Part shown: piece after piece, positions 40,001 through 54,600 of the stretch
Numbering within the stretch: position 1 is the stretch's first letter
Layout of the letters: each line of letters begins with the position of its first letter
From: Paraspadella gotoi
Lineage: Eukaryota; Animalia; Chaetognatha
Assembly (NCBI GenBank): GCA_051294375.1
Contig: CM119268.1
Span: 6,019,525-6,083,524, forward strand
Direction: 5' to 3'
Length of the DNA: 64,000 nt
Made by a program: the position numbers and the translations under genes
The notes under the pieces: model-generated
Seen by the model: the letters and a program-made list of their open reading frames with translations, nothing else
The model's database searches: none
What the model was told of the DNA's origin: nothing

Positions 40001-43000
40001 TGAGAAGAGAAAACATATATTAACGAAAAACAGAGTAAAAATCAAAAAGGTAAAAAATAACAACAACAAACAATACGTATTTACATTGGCTGGAAAAGGT
40101 CAGCCATAACAAGGTCATTCTGTTTGGCTTTTCTTAATTTTGCAGATTTGAATTCCTCGTCAAAAGTTGATAAAAGAAAATATAAATCATTTTTAAAAAT
40201 TCTTTCATTAAGTGGGTTAAAAATTAAAAAACTATATTTAATATGACACGATGCAAGTTATCGTGGCGGAGACTATGCAGAAATAAAAAAATTCAGTGAC
40301 TATAAATCTTGCCTTTGAAGGGGTTGTCTGAAACATGTTTTTTAGATAAGTACGAAAATTAAGATATGACTAAATACAGGATAAGGACCTTGTATTTGAT
40401 CAGTTCAAAAACGAATTTTTCGTTAAACTCCTTAAAGGATAAGGACCAAAAAATGAATCACGAGTAATTGGTGTTTTTGCATAATTTATTATAATTCGAT
40501 ATTCTCTCATGATATATGTGAATGCCCAACAAGATTGAGGGGGCGGACCGACGGACCGATAAAGTGAATTATAGAGTCGGGATCTGCTGATATTGCAGTA
40601 TGGGGCGAATTTAATGTAACGCTCAACAGTACTTGTAACCGTAATTACATCAATCTCGACCCATTATTGAATACACAGTGATACCAAGAATGTAAAGACT
40701 TTTTCATATCGTCTACTCATTAAGGCGTAGTGAAGGTTACGTACGGAAATTCTAAAAGTCAATTATGAACAGCATACCATCAGTGAACATTAATTTGTAA
40801 AAAAAATTAATTTTATGTTTTTTAATTTTCGCAGTAGGCTATATTTATATATAGTACTATCCTTATAAAATCGAAAAATTTCAAAATAGGCTTTTCTTAA
40901 TTTTGATTGCAGATTTGAATTCCTCGTCAAAAGTTGATAAAAGAAAATATTAATTATTTTTAAAAATTCTTTCATTAAGTGGGTTAAAAATTAAAAAAAC
41001 TATATTTAATATATAAAAAGTTAATTTTCAGCTTAAAATATAGTTTTTTTTAATTTTTGACCCACTTAATGAAGGAATTTTTCAAAAAGAGTTATATTTT
41101 TTTTTTATCAACTTTTTATGACGAATCCAAATCTACAAAAAAATCTTTTAAAAAACTGTTTTGAAATTTTAACATTTATTGGATTAGTACTAGTATAAAT
41201 ATGGCCTACTGCGTAAATTGTAAAATTTATTATAAATTTTTTTATTACATAAATGTTTATTAGTATAATATTGTTCGTTCCTCACTTTTAGAATTTTAAT
41301 TAAAGTTAAATTTAGAAAATTTACTACGCCTTACTACTCATCTTTGGAAGGGTCCTAGATAAGGTATACTTCATAAATGAGTAGCTGACATAAGCTAAAC
41401 ATGTAGTAAAATAACCAATCAAATAATTGATAAAACTATTTTTTTTAGATTTATCATTAAGTACAAATTATCAAAGGAAATAGTAATTTTTCTTATGGGG
41501 ATTAGTTTTAAGTCCGAACCCTGTATATAAATATAGCCTAATGCGAAAGTTAAAAATAATAAAATTAATTTTTTTTATAAATTAATGTTTACTGGTGGTA
41601 CGTTGATCATAATTGACAATTATAATTATTATACATGACTTTCACTACGCTCTAGTGCAGAGGCCTTGCGTATTTTTTCTATCTGTTTGTTACCCATTGC
41701 CTTACTTTTGCCATGGAGACTTCCAAAGCCAATAAAATTGCTGTCTCCATCCAACCAAGAATCTCAAATGCACACATTTTTTCACGCAGATTGAAATCGA
41801 TTGTATTGTCATCTACAATAAAAAAAAATTTAAGTTCTTTCACTACAACAAATTGAGTTAAATGGCATTTTAAAGAAAGTCGCGATGCAATTATATATTA
41901 TTATTGATCCTCATCAATGAGCTGAATAACGTACTACCCTAACGTTGGGTTCTTTCCACAGCCCTATTGACTTACCGCTGCGTTTGCAGCATTACTGAGG
42001 GTTCAAAGCCCAAAACGAAAAAAGAAAAGATGCTCCGGCTGGGGATCACAGGTAACCTCATTAGAAACTGTACTGTACTGTGAATATATTATTCCACCAA
42101 AAAATGCTTTTATCTTATTTGAAATTATTTTCCTGTAAAATATAATTACAAAAAATTGGATTCAAAATGTTATAAATATTTTTAATATGACTTTTTTTAG
42201 GTTTTTCATGTTACCTTCTAATCGAATTAGTTCTATAACAGCAATAATATTTTTCTGTTCATCAGTTAATGGTAGGCATATGGCGGTTGAATAATCAGAT
42301 AAAAATAAATCCCCTATTCCCTGTAATAAATTTTGAACTTTTAGAAGCGTCACAACTTTTACAAAAAAATCTAAGCCGCTTTTTAAATTATTTTTAATCT
42401 ATTGCAAAATATTTGAAAAAAATTCATATTCACTTTGGAGTTAAAAATAACTCTAAAGTTAAATATTAAATCGCAGAAAAACAAGTTTGAGCAAACAATG
42501 CCGGATCTGCCCACGATCATTAGCGGTAAGCAGCTGATCAGATAATTAATTAATTAATTGACTAATTAATATTATTTTTTTTGATTTGTGTTAAAATCTT
42601 TTTTCACTTTTTCTCGCCTCTCAATCACAAAACAATCTCGATCAAAAAATTAATTGATTAATTAATTAATAATTAATTACTTATTTATTAATAATTAATT
42701 AATGCAGCTTGAATTTACATTTAATATAAAAATAAAAAAGCATAATCAAATAGTAAAATAGAATGTTTGTTTTTTTTCATTTTAACTCATTTCCACTTGG
42801 ACGATTCCATGCAAAACTTTTAGGTTTCCTGCTCATATCCAGCACACTGTTCCTACCCGCACAATACAAAATTGTCAGTCCAGATCCATCAATCAAATCA
42901 CGAGTAATTGGTGTTTTTTGCTAATGTGGGGACGGACGGACAGACAGACGGACGGACGCGACAGCACAGACGGACGGACGGACATAATTTTTAGTCGGAT

Positions 43001-43723
43001 CTGCTTATCAGGCAGATCCCGACTCTATAACTCACTTTGTCGGTCCGTCGGTCCGCCCCCTCAATATTGTCGGGCACACACTTATGTCATGTCAGAACAT
43101 CGAATTATGATAAATTATGCAAAAAAAACGATGTCCGTCCGTCCGTCCGTCCGTCCGTCCATCGGTCCGTCCGTCCGTCCATCGTCCGTCCGTCCGTCCG
43201 TCCGTCCATCCCACCTTAGCAAAAAACTCCAATTACTCGTGATTGGATGGATGGATTGGTATGAAATTGTGTGTGTGGGTAGGAAACTGTGTGATTGAGA
43301 TGGATATGAAGTTTCGAGGGAATCGTGCGAGTGAGAATTGGTTTTAAATGGAAAAAACAAAAAAATATATTTCACTATTTGAACGCCAATTGCTCATGAT
43401 GGTAGGGAAGTGTGTGATTGAGCTGGATATAAAGTTTCGATGGAATCGTGCGAGTGGAAATGAGTTAAAATGGAAAAACAAAAGTCATATTTACTTGAAG
43501 TATTTTTACTTAAATTTACTCATAATTATTATGTTTTATTAAAAATTGGATAGATAAATCGAAATGGAATTTTTGTGTGTGGGTAGGAAAAGTATGTGAT
43601 AAAGCTGGATATAAATTTTTTGAGATGGAATCGTAGGAGTGGAAAAGAGTTCAAATTAGAAAACCAAAAGACACAATTTTTATTTGAATTTTTTTTAAAG
43701 TTTTTCTCTCTCCTATCTCTCTC

Positions 43724-43754
<31 letters not shown>

Positions 43755-46700
43755 CCGCAAATTATGCCAATTGACAAAAATAAGCCAGTTGACCAAATTC
43801 TTAAAAAGTTGACCAAATTATGTCAGTTGACCCCAATTCTGCAAGTTGATCAAGATTCTGGCAAGTTGACCAAATTATGGCCTGTTGACCAAAATCATGC
43901 CAGTTGACCAGAATTATGCCAGTTGACCAAAGGATTATGCTAGTTGACCAAATTAGGCCAGTTGATAAAAATTATGCCAGTTGACCCAAATTATGCCGGT
44001 TGACCAAATTATCTTAATTGATCAAATTATGTCAGTTTGACCAAATTATGTCATTCATTGTGACCAAATTATGTCAGTAGACCAAATTATGTCAGTTAAC
44101 CAAATTATGTCAGTTGACCAAATTATGCAAGTTGATATAATTATGCAAGTTGAACAAGTTAGGCTTATTACCCACTTAATATTATCGATTGACCTGGAAT
44201 TTTGTATGTGAGTAGAAAAGTGTGTGATTGAACAGGAAACCAAGTTTCGAATGGAATCTTTTGAGTGGAAATGAGTTTTAAATGGGAATGTGGCAGTCGT
44301 TTTCTAAAAACTATTGAGTATTTTTTAAATAAATTTGTGGTAACCGATCGATTAGGGAATTTTAAAATTACTATCTATAGATCTAAATTTTAAATAAAGA
44401 ATCGGATAATCCGTTTCAAAATTGTTTATTGGCAATAAACGAGTCGCAGGAATCTGCGGCTGCAAAATGATCTACATTCGCTTATCAAATCAACTCGTTC
44501 AATTTTCCGTTAATCGAACTGTGATATAGATTGACTACTGTAAGTACTAAGCTTTGATAACTCGATAATAGCGATTATGGCGGCGAAAACCGGGGCCCAT
44601 AAGGAAAATAGAATACGTAGCGCGAAGCAGCCCGGAGAAAAAAGAGAATCCTTACAAATTATATCCACAAAATAACATAATTAATAAGGAAATATAAAAA
44701 GGGAAAGTAGACAAGAGAGCCAAAGAAGTAAATAAATTAGAAGTATAGTTGACTGATCTCACCAGGCAAATACTTTACATTTCACTAACTCTTATTTGAG
44801 ATGGATACCTTTCTCTGTTAAGATTCGTAAGAATTCACTGATCATCACAAAAGTTCACTATCATCACTTCAGATTAATTTTCATATTTTGGAATCATTTT
44901 AATTTTATGATAACAAGATTTTAAATGAATGGATAGCATAGAAACTATAATATTAAAAGAGATATGGTGCCGATCTGATAATCGGTGGAAGTGATAATTG
45001 GAGTGGCAATGGAATAAAATTAAGTTAAACTATATCGATGATTGAACGATGTTTAAATATCTAAACATTTGTCAGGAATATCTGAATCGCCGGCCTTATT
45101 GTTGTAATTGGAACGAAGTTTGGCGCAACATCGTCGTAATTTGACTAAGAATAATTTAAGCCGGTAATCACAGTTAAAAGATATGCAAAGTTGAAAGATA
45201 GTGCCATCGAGATTTGAATAAAGATATGCAGAGGTTAAGAAGAATATAGGAAGATATGGCAAGTTGAAAAAGATTATGAAAGTTGAAAAAGTATGCAAGT
45301 TGAAAAGATATGCAAGTATGAAAAAAGATATGCAGTTGAAAAAGATATGCAAAGTTGAAAAGAATAATGCAAGTTTGAAAAAGATAATGCAAGTTGATAA
45401 AAGAATATGCAAAGTTGAAAAAAGTAATGAATGAAGTTGAAAAAGGTATGCAAGTTGAAAAAGTAATGGCAAGTTTGAAAAAAAGTTGTCAAGTTGAAAA
45501 AAGTTATGCAAGGTTGAAAAAAAGTAATGCAATACTTTGAAAAAAAAGTATGCATACTTTTAAAAAAAGTATGCTATAATTGAAAAAAAGTATGCCATAC
45601 ACTTTTGAAAAGTAATGCATATTTTGAGAAAAAAGTTATGCATACTTTTTGGAAACAAGTATGCCATACTTTTTTCAACTTTGCATACTTTTTTTTCAAG
45701 CTTGGCATAACTTTTTTTCAACTTGCCATACTCTTTTCAACTTGCATATCTTTTTCAATTGACTTTCACTGCATATCGTTTTTTCAAACTTTGAAAAAGT
45801 ATGCCATACTTTGAAAAAAGTATGCATAATTGGAAAAAAAGTATTGCCATAGTTAAAATGAGCATGATAATTGGAAAAAAAGTATGGCAAAGCTACTTGG
45901 AAAAAGTAATGCATACTTGGAAAAGGAGTATGCATACCTTTGGAAAAAGTATGGCATACTTGGAAACAAATATTGCATACCTTGGAAAGAAATATGCATA
46001 CTTGAAAGGCATTACTAAAAAAGTAATGCATAACCTTTGAAAAAGTATGGCCATACTTTGAAAAAGTATGCAAACTTGTGAAAATAAGTATGCCAAACTT
46101 TGAAAAAGTATGCATACTTTGAAATAAGTGAATGCATACTTTGAAAAAAGGTATGCATACTTTAAAAAAGTATGCATATTTTAAAAAAGTATGAACTTTC
46201 CAAAAACAGTCACATGGCAATACTTCAAAAAGTATGGCATACTTTGAAAAATAGTATGCATACTTTTGAAAGTAATGCATACTTTGAGGAAAAAAGTTGC
46301 GCCCCAATACTTTCGAAAAAAGTATGCATACTTTTTTTTGAAGTAATGCATACTTTTTTTAAAAATATGCATACTTTTTTTCAAAGTCAACGCTCACGAC
46401 TCAAATGAACTGACTAGTCATGCGCATGCAATGAATGGATTATATCCGATCAATGAAGGGACTATCATCGCATCAAATGGAATGATTACAATCTCGCATC
46501 AATGAATGAATATCCATCCGCATCCATCATTTGTGTTCATCATATCTCGCCACTCAATTCCCTGGATCGGTTTTATCTTCGGGCATCAAATATTTGTGGT
46601 TATCCTTAATCACCGCAATCAATAATTCTTGGTTATCCATTAGGTAGGCCATGGACGATCCCTAGTTGGCTCTTTTAAGATTTTTAATTGAAGACGGGTC

Positions 46701-48568
46701 TAAGTCAGCTATCACATAACAATAAATTAAATGGATCTCTTCAAGAGATAAGAATTAGAAGGACTATAAGGGACAAACGACGCCTAGAACGGCCAATTAT
46801 TTACGTCTTCCCAATCAAGGCCCGGTGAAATTCAAACATTTCATACAGACTGACGGCGTATTATAAATCGTAAAAAATACGGTAAAGCGCGCATGCTTGA
46901 AAACTAGTTTATTTTAATCTGGCGCGCGGATAATCGCGCATGTGACGTCAAATGCTTATTTTTAATTGAGTTTCGTCCTCATTGGATAAGCCTACGTCAA
47001 CATCTTTTCAAATCACAGACATCTTGCGGCAACGCGCTTTAAAAAATGGCTTTTAGGCGTCGCAAAACCTTGATATCTCTTTCTTTTGCTCTAAATTTAA
47101 TATAAACTCTCCTAAATTACGTCCCGCGGCTCTAACCTGAAACAGATAGTAAAAACCAATACAGTTTTCTGTTCTGAAGGTCCCCCTTAGAACAAAAAAA
47201 AATTGAAGGCTTGACTATGCAGTTTTGCACCTAAAAACCAGTTCAGTTAGATTTTCGCGTGTTATCAAGGCATTCCAAGAGATTGCAAAGAATATTAAAC
47301 TTTTTCTTTTTGTTTTTATCCGTAGTCAGAGAAGACATATAGAGAGCTTATCCAAAACCCCTACACTGTGATAATCTGTCATAGCTATTTCTGTTCTATT
47401 CTATTACTCTCAAAGGAGTCTGCGTCAAGCCAGTGTGTTTTAACGAGGAAAAAAGGAAACGTCGTGACCCAGTTCAGTTTTAAATCACCCAAATTGTTTC
47501 GTGGGCTAGATACAGAAATGGGGGTATTTCTGTTCTCGTGGAACGTCTTCTCCGTTGGCTTCCCCAAGACGCCAAGCTTTTTCGAAAATCTACCCATATT
47601 GGATAATACATTTATATTGGGCCTTTGACTATGCAGTTTTTGAAATAGTAAGTGAAAAAAATATTAAAGGGGGAAATCTTTGATCGGAACTCCGTTCGAT
47701 TCGAAACGATGCTGGCAAGCCCTCCCAGTTAAATGGAAACAAAGAAAAATTAAACTTTTCACTAATTGATTATGATTCTTTTTCCTTTTATATTAATGTA
47801 TATGCAGGAAGGTGTGTATTAGATAAAATCAAATAATTAATCAGTTAATTAATCAATTAGTTAATTAATTAATCAATAATTAATTAATCAGTCAATCAAT
47901 CCGTCCATCCCTCCCACCTTAGCAAGAAGCTCCAATAACTCGTGATTGGCTGGTTGGATTGGAAAGAAATTTTGTGTGTGGGTAGGAAAGTGTGAGTGAT
48001 AAAGATGGATATAAAGTTTCGAGACGGATAATCGTGTGAGTTTAAGAGGAAAAAACATAAGTCGCATTTACTAAAATATTTTTAATTATTTTAACCAATA
48101 AGTACTCTAATTAATCATAATTGGATGGATAGATTGAGTTCAAATTTTTTGTGTGGGTAGAAAAATGTGTAACGATGCTTGATTATAAAGTTTCGGTGGA
48201 AACGTACGAGTGGAAATGAGATTAAATGAAAAAATATTTAGTCCACATTTACTTGAATCTTTTACTTATTTTAACCCATAATAGATTGAGATGAAATTTT
48301 GTGAGCGGGTAGGAAAGTGTGTGAAGAAGCTAGATATAAAGTTTTGACGGAATTGTGCCAGTGGAAATGAGTTTAAATGGAAAAAACATAAGTTACATTT
48401 ACTTGAATCTTTATTATTTATGAGAGAGAGAGAGAGAGAGAAGAGCAGAAGAGAGAGAGAGAGAGAGAGAGAGAGCAGAAAAATGAGCATAGGATCGTCG
48501 CAATTGCAAAGAGAGAGAAGAGAGAGAGAAGAGCAGAAAAATGAGCATAAGGATCGTTGCAATTGCAA

Positions 48569-48620
<52 letters not shown>

Positions 48621-51600
48621 AAGAGAGAGAGTCCGAAATAAAATATAGCGAATAAAAAAGTTATTTTACTCACAGAATAAAAATAATTAAAATACTTACA
48701 AAATACATAAAATTGATAAAATTTATTCCGATAACATTGTTTAATCACATGCAATATATCTAGTAAGGCGGGCCAAAATTGAACACTGTTTTATAACTTC
48801 TAGTTCTCTCAAAAAAAATTTTTTTTTCCTTTACTACTAAATCGATTTTCAATGTAACTTTTTGAATTAGTTCATTGGGTTGTTGCACTGAAGCTTTTAA
48901 ATATTTATTAATATATAACTAATGACAAAAATTTTTTTTTAAATTTGATTTTTTAAGAACGGGTTCTTATAGAGCTTAAAAGTTAAATGAAAGTTAGTAC
49001 TATAATTTTTTCAAATTTTGACAATAAATTGGTTAAAAATTAGAAAAAACCTTAAAAATTATCATCATCATCATTATTGGCTGAATTTTATTTTTTAAAA
49101 TTTTTCATTAATTAAAACCAAAAAAAAGTTGTATTAATAACCTTTATCTAACTTTTAAAGCTCTATTAGAATCTATAAAAAAATTGATAAGCAAAATTTT
49201 TAAAAATTATTTTCATTTTCATATTATTTAATAGTCGCTTAAGGCCTGGATCATTCAAACAAGAATTGCATAAAGCTTTGTACAATTTATTATTATGTCA
49301 AAGAAAGTGTATTCCCTTCATGTTTCAAAAAAAAAAACTCTAAATTTGATTAAGGTTTAGCTTCAAGAGGCAACTAAAAATCGGGCAATTTTTTTATCAG
49401 TAACCTTAAAATTTCATCCAACACGGTAAAGTCATTTTTAACGCAAATTTTTAATTTTTTTTTCAATTAACAGCACCTACCTCAGTGTAATACTAACAAC
49501 TAAAACCAAGTCATTCCAAATTATGTTATAGAATCAATTAATGATGAAAACATAAACGTTTATGTAGAGAGAGAGCAGAACGCTTATATGAGGATGTCTA
49601 TTATCATTTTATTACAAAAAAGAATGATTAAAAATTGTAAAAATTTTAAAATTCAAAGACATTCGTCCCCTGGCATCTGAAGTTGGGTCCACTTTGATAA
49701 CAACCCTCAATGGTGCCCTCGACTGCCACAGATTCCACAGACGAACCAGCCTCATGCTCTGCTTTTGACATTTAATTTCTGTTCCCCAGGTTCAAAGCTG
49801 GTTCAAAACAAGACTGAGAAAAAAATAAATAAACACTTTGCAGCATTCCTCCTTGTTTACTGACTGCTTTCCCCAGCCACAGCCATTTTGTTAATTAAAA
49901 AAAATTGTACAAAATTTGGATAAAACTTTAAAGATCGGTAAAGCCATCATTTAAACTAGAAATGAAAATAGATTTCGGAAAAGCGTATCGATTTTAAAGT
50001 TCTTTGCTCGACTTTCAGTTCTGTAAAATCTACAGAAAAAAAATAAAAAAATAAAAAATAAATAAACAAAAAGAGTTGGAGCTAAAACCGTTTGAAATAA
50101 AAATAAACTAAAATTATTTTTTATAAGTATGGAAAGGTGGGAGAAATTCTATGAGAGGGATTTTGGAAAATGTTACTAGTTTTCAAGATATAAAGAATTT
50201 AATGCCAAAATTTTCTTATTCTTTTTTTTTCTTATGAAGATAATAGTGAATTTGAAAAATCCCTCTCATAGAATTGGGACCCTTGTCCTCAAGTAAATTT
50301 ATGTAAATTTCATGAAATCCGCTAGCCGTTTGGGCCGCAACTCTTCCGAAAGGTTTCTTTTATTTTATATAGTATTATAAAATTCGAAAAAAACAGCAAT
50401 GGATTCGAAGAGAAGATAAAGTGAATACATTTTCAGAATCAACTGGACCTCTACTTTTCGAATACAAGCTTTATTTAATCCTAATTATACTTTTGGCCAG
50501 TGATCCCAGGCCTTAACCATTAACCATTAACCATTTGAGAGAACTTCTAGTTTTCAACCTGTTCCGGCCTAATATCTAGTAAGGCGGGTCAAAATTGAAC
50601 ACTTTTTATAACTTCTAGTTCTCTTTAAAATTTTTTTTTCCTTTTACTACTAATCGATTTTCAATGTAACTTTTTGATTTAGTTCATTGGGTTGTTGCAC
50701 TGAAGCTTTTAAATATTTATTAATATATAATAATTATATAAAGTTTTGACGGAATTGTGCCAGTGGAAATGAGTTTAGATGGAAAAAACATAAGTCACAT
50801 TTACTTGAATCTTTAATATTAATGATTACTAATAAATGTTTTAATTAATTAATTAGTTAATTAATTAATTAATTGATGCAAGTTAAAAAAAACTTAAAAC
50901 ATAAAGATCGTCGCAATTGCATAAAAGAGAGATAGAGAGAGAGAGAGTGAGAGAGACAAGAAGACATAAAATAAAATAAAGGATATTTGTTTGTTTTGAT
51001 AAAATGTAAAAAAAACATTTTAATAACTGTCCTAACCCAATTTTAAGGACATCGATGATGATAAGTTGAATATAAATTTAAAATTAATTATTACATATTA
51101 AAATTAATTAATTAATTAATCGATTAATTAATTAATTAATTAATTATCGTAGGCAGATCCGACATTGTTTGCTCAAACTTGTTTTTTTGCATAATTTATT
51201 ATAATTCAATAATATTGGAAAATTTTTTTAACTTGAATAACTTTTTTAAAAGAAAAGACTAATCCTATAACTAAAAAATAAATTATACAATTTCAGGGGT
51301 ATAGTAAATTGCTAAAGCAGCTTACAATCAACTTTAACCAAAATTTAAAGTATTGTGGTCCTGTGAGCACAAGAAGTATGTGGGTAGGAAATTGTGCCAA
51401 GTCTATAACACTGGTATTTACAAGATCAGGTTTGACCATAAAGGAACTGGGGGAAAACAATCGAGGGTAAGGTTAAAGTAAGGTCAATGGTTTGACCGAG
51501 GTTGCGTGTTGTTGTTGATCGTCCACATAACATAAGCTTCTTTTTTTTTATATTAAATGTAAATACAGGACGTATTAATCAATCAATCACTCAATCGTTA

Positions 51601-54600
51601 TCGGCATTATTGTCGTCGTCGCCATCATCGTTCTTGTTGCCTCTGTCGTCGTCAGTGACAAAAAGACCTAAAAACAAACATTTCGGATCATATCAATTAA
51701 TTTATTAATTAATTAACGCTACTGATCATGGACAGATTCGACATTGTTTACTCAAACTTGTTTATAACTTAGTTACCTTTGGAAAATTTTCATTAATCTT
51801 TCCCTTCTCCTGAACGGATATTTTATTAGTAGAAGCAACAAAACCGGGAATGGTGTCTCCCGCTCCAATAGTCATTGCTAAAGATTTAAAATTTTATAAC
51901 CTAAATACATAGCAGTTTTTTCTCCTAAATGAGATGAGGGAATATTGGTTATTGTCAAAAACCGGTGACCTAAAGGGTGATTTTAAAAAAAATTGTTAAG
52001 TATGAATAAATAAAATTGGAATAACCAATATAAAATTAGGCATCCATTCAAAAAATAAGCTGTTGAAGAAACAGTAATTATTGATATGTGTTAGTGACAG
52101 AACCGTTCAATATAAGCAGGCTGTAACACCATGTTACAGGCGGGTTAAGAGCCCCGTCCCTCATAACTGCTAGGCGACCACCAATCTAGAACCCCGGACC
52201 TTTGGGTAAGGAGGCGATTAACTTGCCTCCGGCACCAATGGCCGCTGATGAACGGAAGGTGGATTTTAGTCCACCCTTGACTTGAGACAGGCTATGTTTG
52301 CTTAAGGCCTCCGTCCCTCTTACAAGATAATAATATACCAGGACCCTGAAAGCTTTTAATCTTTTCTTTTGCAGGTGTCTTTCTTATGAAATATGTAAAT
52401 TGACCTTGCCCCAACATTAATGGGAGCTGGTAGCTTATGTTTGTCCTAGTTTTAAAAAATATTTTAATAAATAAACATATTTACCTTCATGAACTTTTTT
52501 CTTGTCAGATCCTTGTTCATGACCAGTCAGGGTACACATACTTTGATCCAAAAAGCCAAAACAGCATCGATGCAAGTGTTTTTCATAGTGAAAGTAGGTA
52601 TTTGCCTTATCAGCATCAAGAAGAACATTAAAGGAACGACTGCATCCTGATTAAATTTGGAATTACTAGTAGTTTCTTTACCTGATAATTTTGTTTTTGT
52701 TTTTATAAAAATTTTATATTTATTAAAAAGAACCTAATTTTTTTTTTTTTTTTATTAACTTGTGAATAAAGCGTTAAGTGGGCTAAAGACTACTATCCGT
52801 AACTTCTATGCCTCCTTTACGGCCGTCCTAACGGTTCCCGCAGGGTAGGTCCCGGGTTAGGATTGAAGCCGGTACCTAGTGGCAATGAGCTGTTAGCTTT
52901 ACTCAATGAGGCACCGGTTAACGACTGAAGGTGTCACGCTTATAGGCAAGGTGAACTTATGCAATTCCCGTCTACAAACTTCGCAACGTTAAATAATTTA
53001 ATAGATCTTTTAAAAACTTTATTATGATAACTTGTACTATATACAAAAGGCTTCATATTATAAAATGAGGTCGTGCTTTATTGTGATTATATAGAGTCCT
53101 AATGACGATAAAAATGAAACTATTGAGGCGACTTACCACCGGTCTCTTTCTCTCCTCTCTCCTCTTTCTTCTACACTATCGAGGCGAATTTTGATATTCA
53201 ACCCCTGAGAGGAGATACTGGGCCCTGGAGCTGAGCCCCTGGGGGACAAAAAAAGGCTAAAAAATTTGTTCTCATATTTTTAATTTTTTTTAGTACATCC
53301 GGTGCATTGGCGTCTATTCGTTGATATATTTTCGCAAATTTTAGTGCACCATATCTTTTTACTTCCAATTTCCTTGAATCATTCCAAATTTGACTTGAAC
53401 CGCTGAAGTTCGCCTCGATAGTTTTACTTGTATTCACATAGGGATCGCTCATACCAAATTTCAATAAATTTGATCCAGTAGTTTTTGCGCAACGGATTCT
53501 GGTAACCTAAAGCCACGACCGAAGCTTCTCCTCTAACTCGCGCCTTTTTTTAAATTCGCTAGTTGTATCATTGGCGAGGTAATTTTATAATATGAAGCCT
53601 TCGGTAATTACTCTTGGTAAGCCCATTTGTAAATCAATTTTGTTAACCATTAATCATGACGGCTAAATGTTGGGTGTTTGTCATTAAAAGTTGAGTACTA
53701 AAACTTCTTAACATCTTCATTTCTCGCACTTCATTGTTGGTCCCTTCAAACAATGGATGTTTCTACAAGTGGAAAAAAAATTTTAGATAAATGTTTACAA
53801 TAAAAAATCAATATTATTACCTGATAAGCAATTAGTTTGTTCAAAAAGTCGACACCAAAGGTGCATTCATTCCTGGAGCGAATTCAAAAAGCACATTTTA
53901 AGCTTAGTCCATATACCTCATTTTGTTTACCGGAGTTAACTTTTTCAAATTTGTATATCTTAATTCTTTATTTAAAATTATTCGTCATAATAAATTTAAA
54001 AAAATGGAAAATGACTCTTTTATAACAGAAATTTTTAATCCTTTTTTGAAAAAAAAAATTGATTTGAGATTAATGCTGTTAGCCTTTATTAAATTAGGAG
54101 TCTACGTCGTTCTTAGAAATCTGAAGGGCTCGCATTTTTTTTCTCTTGACAAATAACCATCATTTTGACATAAAACCATCAGATTCAAATGGACTGGTCC
54201 GCTCGGGAAAATTTTTTTGACGCAATTTTTATATATAAAATAAAGGGATTTCTCAACTTCAATACAATGTCAATGCATTTAACATATGTTGTGATTTTAC
54301 AATAAACTTCAAATTCAGGAATCCGATAGCCATATGTCTGAAGGGCTCTCAAAATTTTTCTTTACATTTTATTTGGTTATTTTGATATGATACGATCATG
54401 GGAAAGTGAATTAGTCCATTTTGGTGAAATTTTTATTTAAAGTAAAAGTAAGAGGAGCTAACGATCGGAATTCTAAGAGTTTTCAACCGGGAGTCAGATT
54501 CGGGAAAAATCTTCTATGGCGAAAATCTTCCAAAGAAGGGTTCAATTTTCCAAATATTTTGGTTAATATTTTCTATATTTATGGTAGTGTGGCGGTATAT

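Larger units (their letters stand above)
34977..40127 (-). mobile_element. Ty3/Gypsy LTR retrotransposon, CsRn1-like lineage, inserted in a hAT MITE
   Basis: 3' LTR 34977-35276 after a poly-G PPT; partial 5' LTR 39949-40127 is near-identical to 34977-35155; PBS TGGTATTGCCCGACG (imperfectly tRNA-Trp-like); gag-PR-RT-RH-IN order; CHCC-type gag motif. Confidence 0.93.

Noticed and set aside
43770-46385. CRISPR-like arrays
   Set aside because: Head-to-tail degenerate units with no unique spacers, in a eukaryotic intron with no cas genes.
49789-49830. VQSWFKTRLRKK after an acceptor-like site as a homeobox helix 3 exon
   Set aside because: Lacks the invariant Asn, stops at once, no upstream homeodomain exon found, and it lies in repeat-derived DNA.
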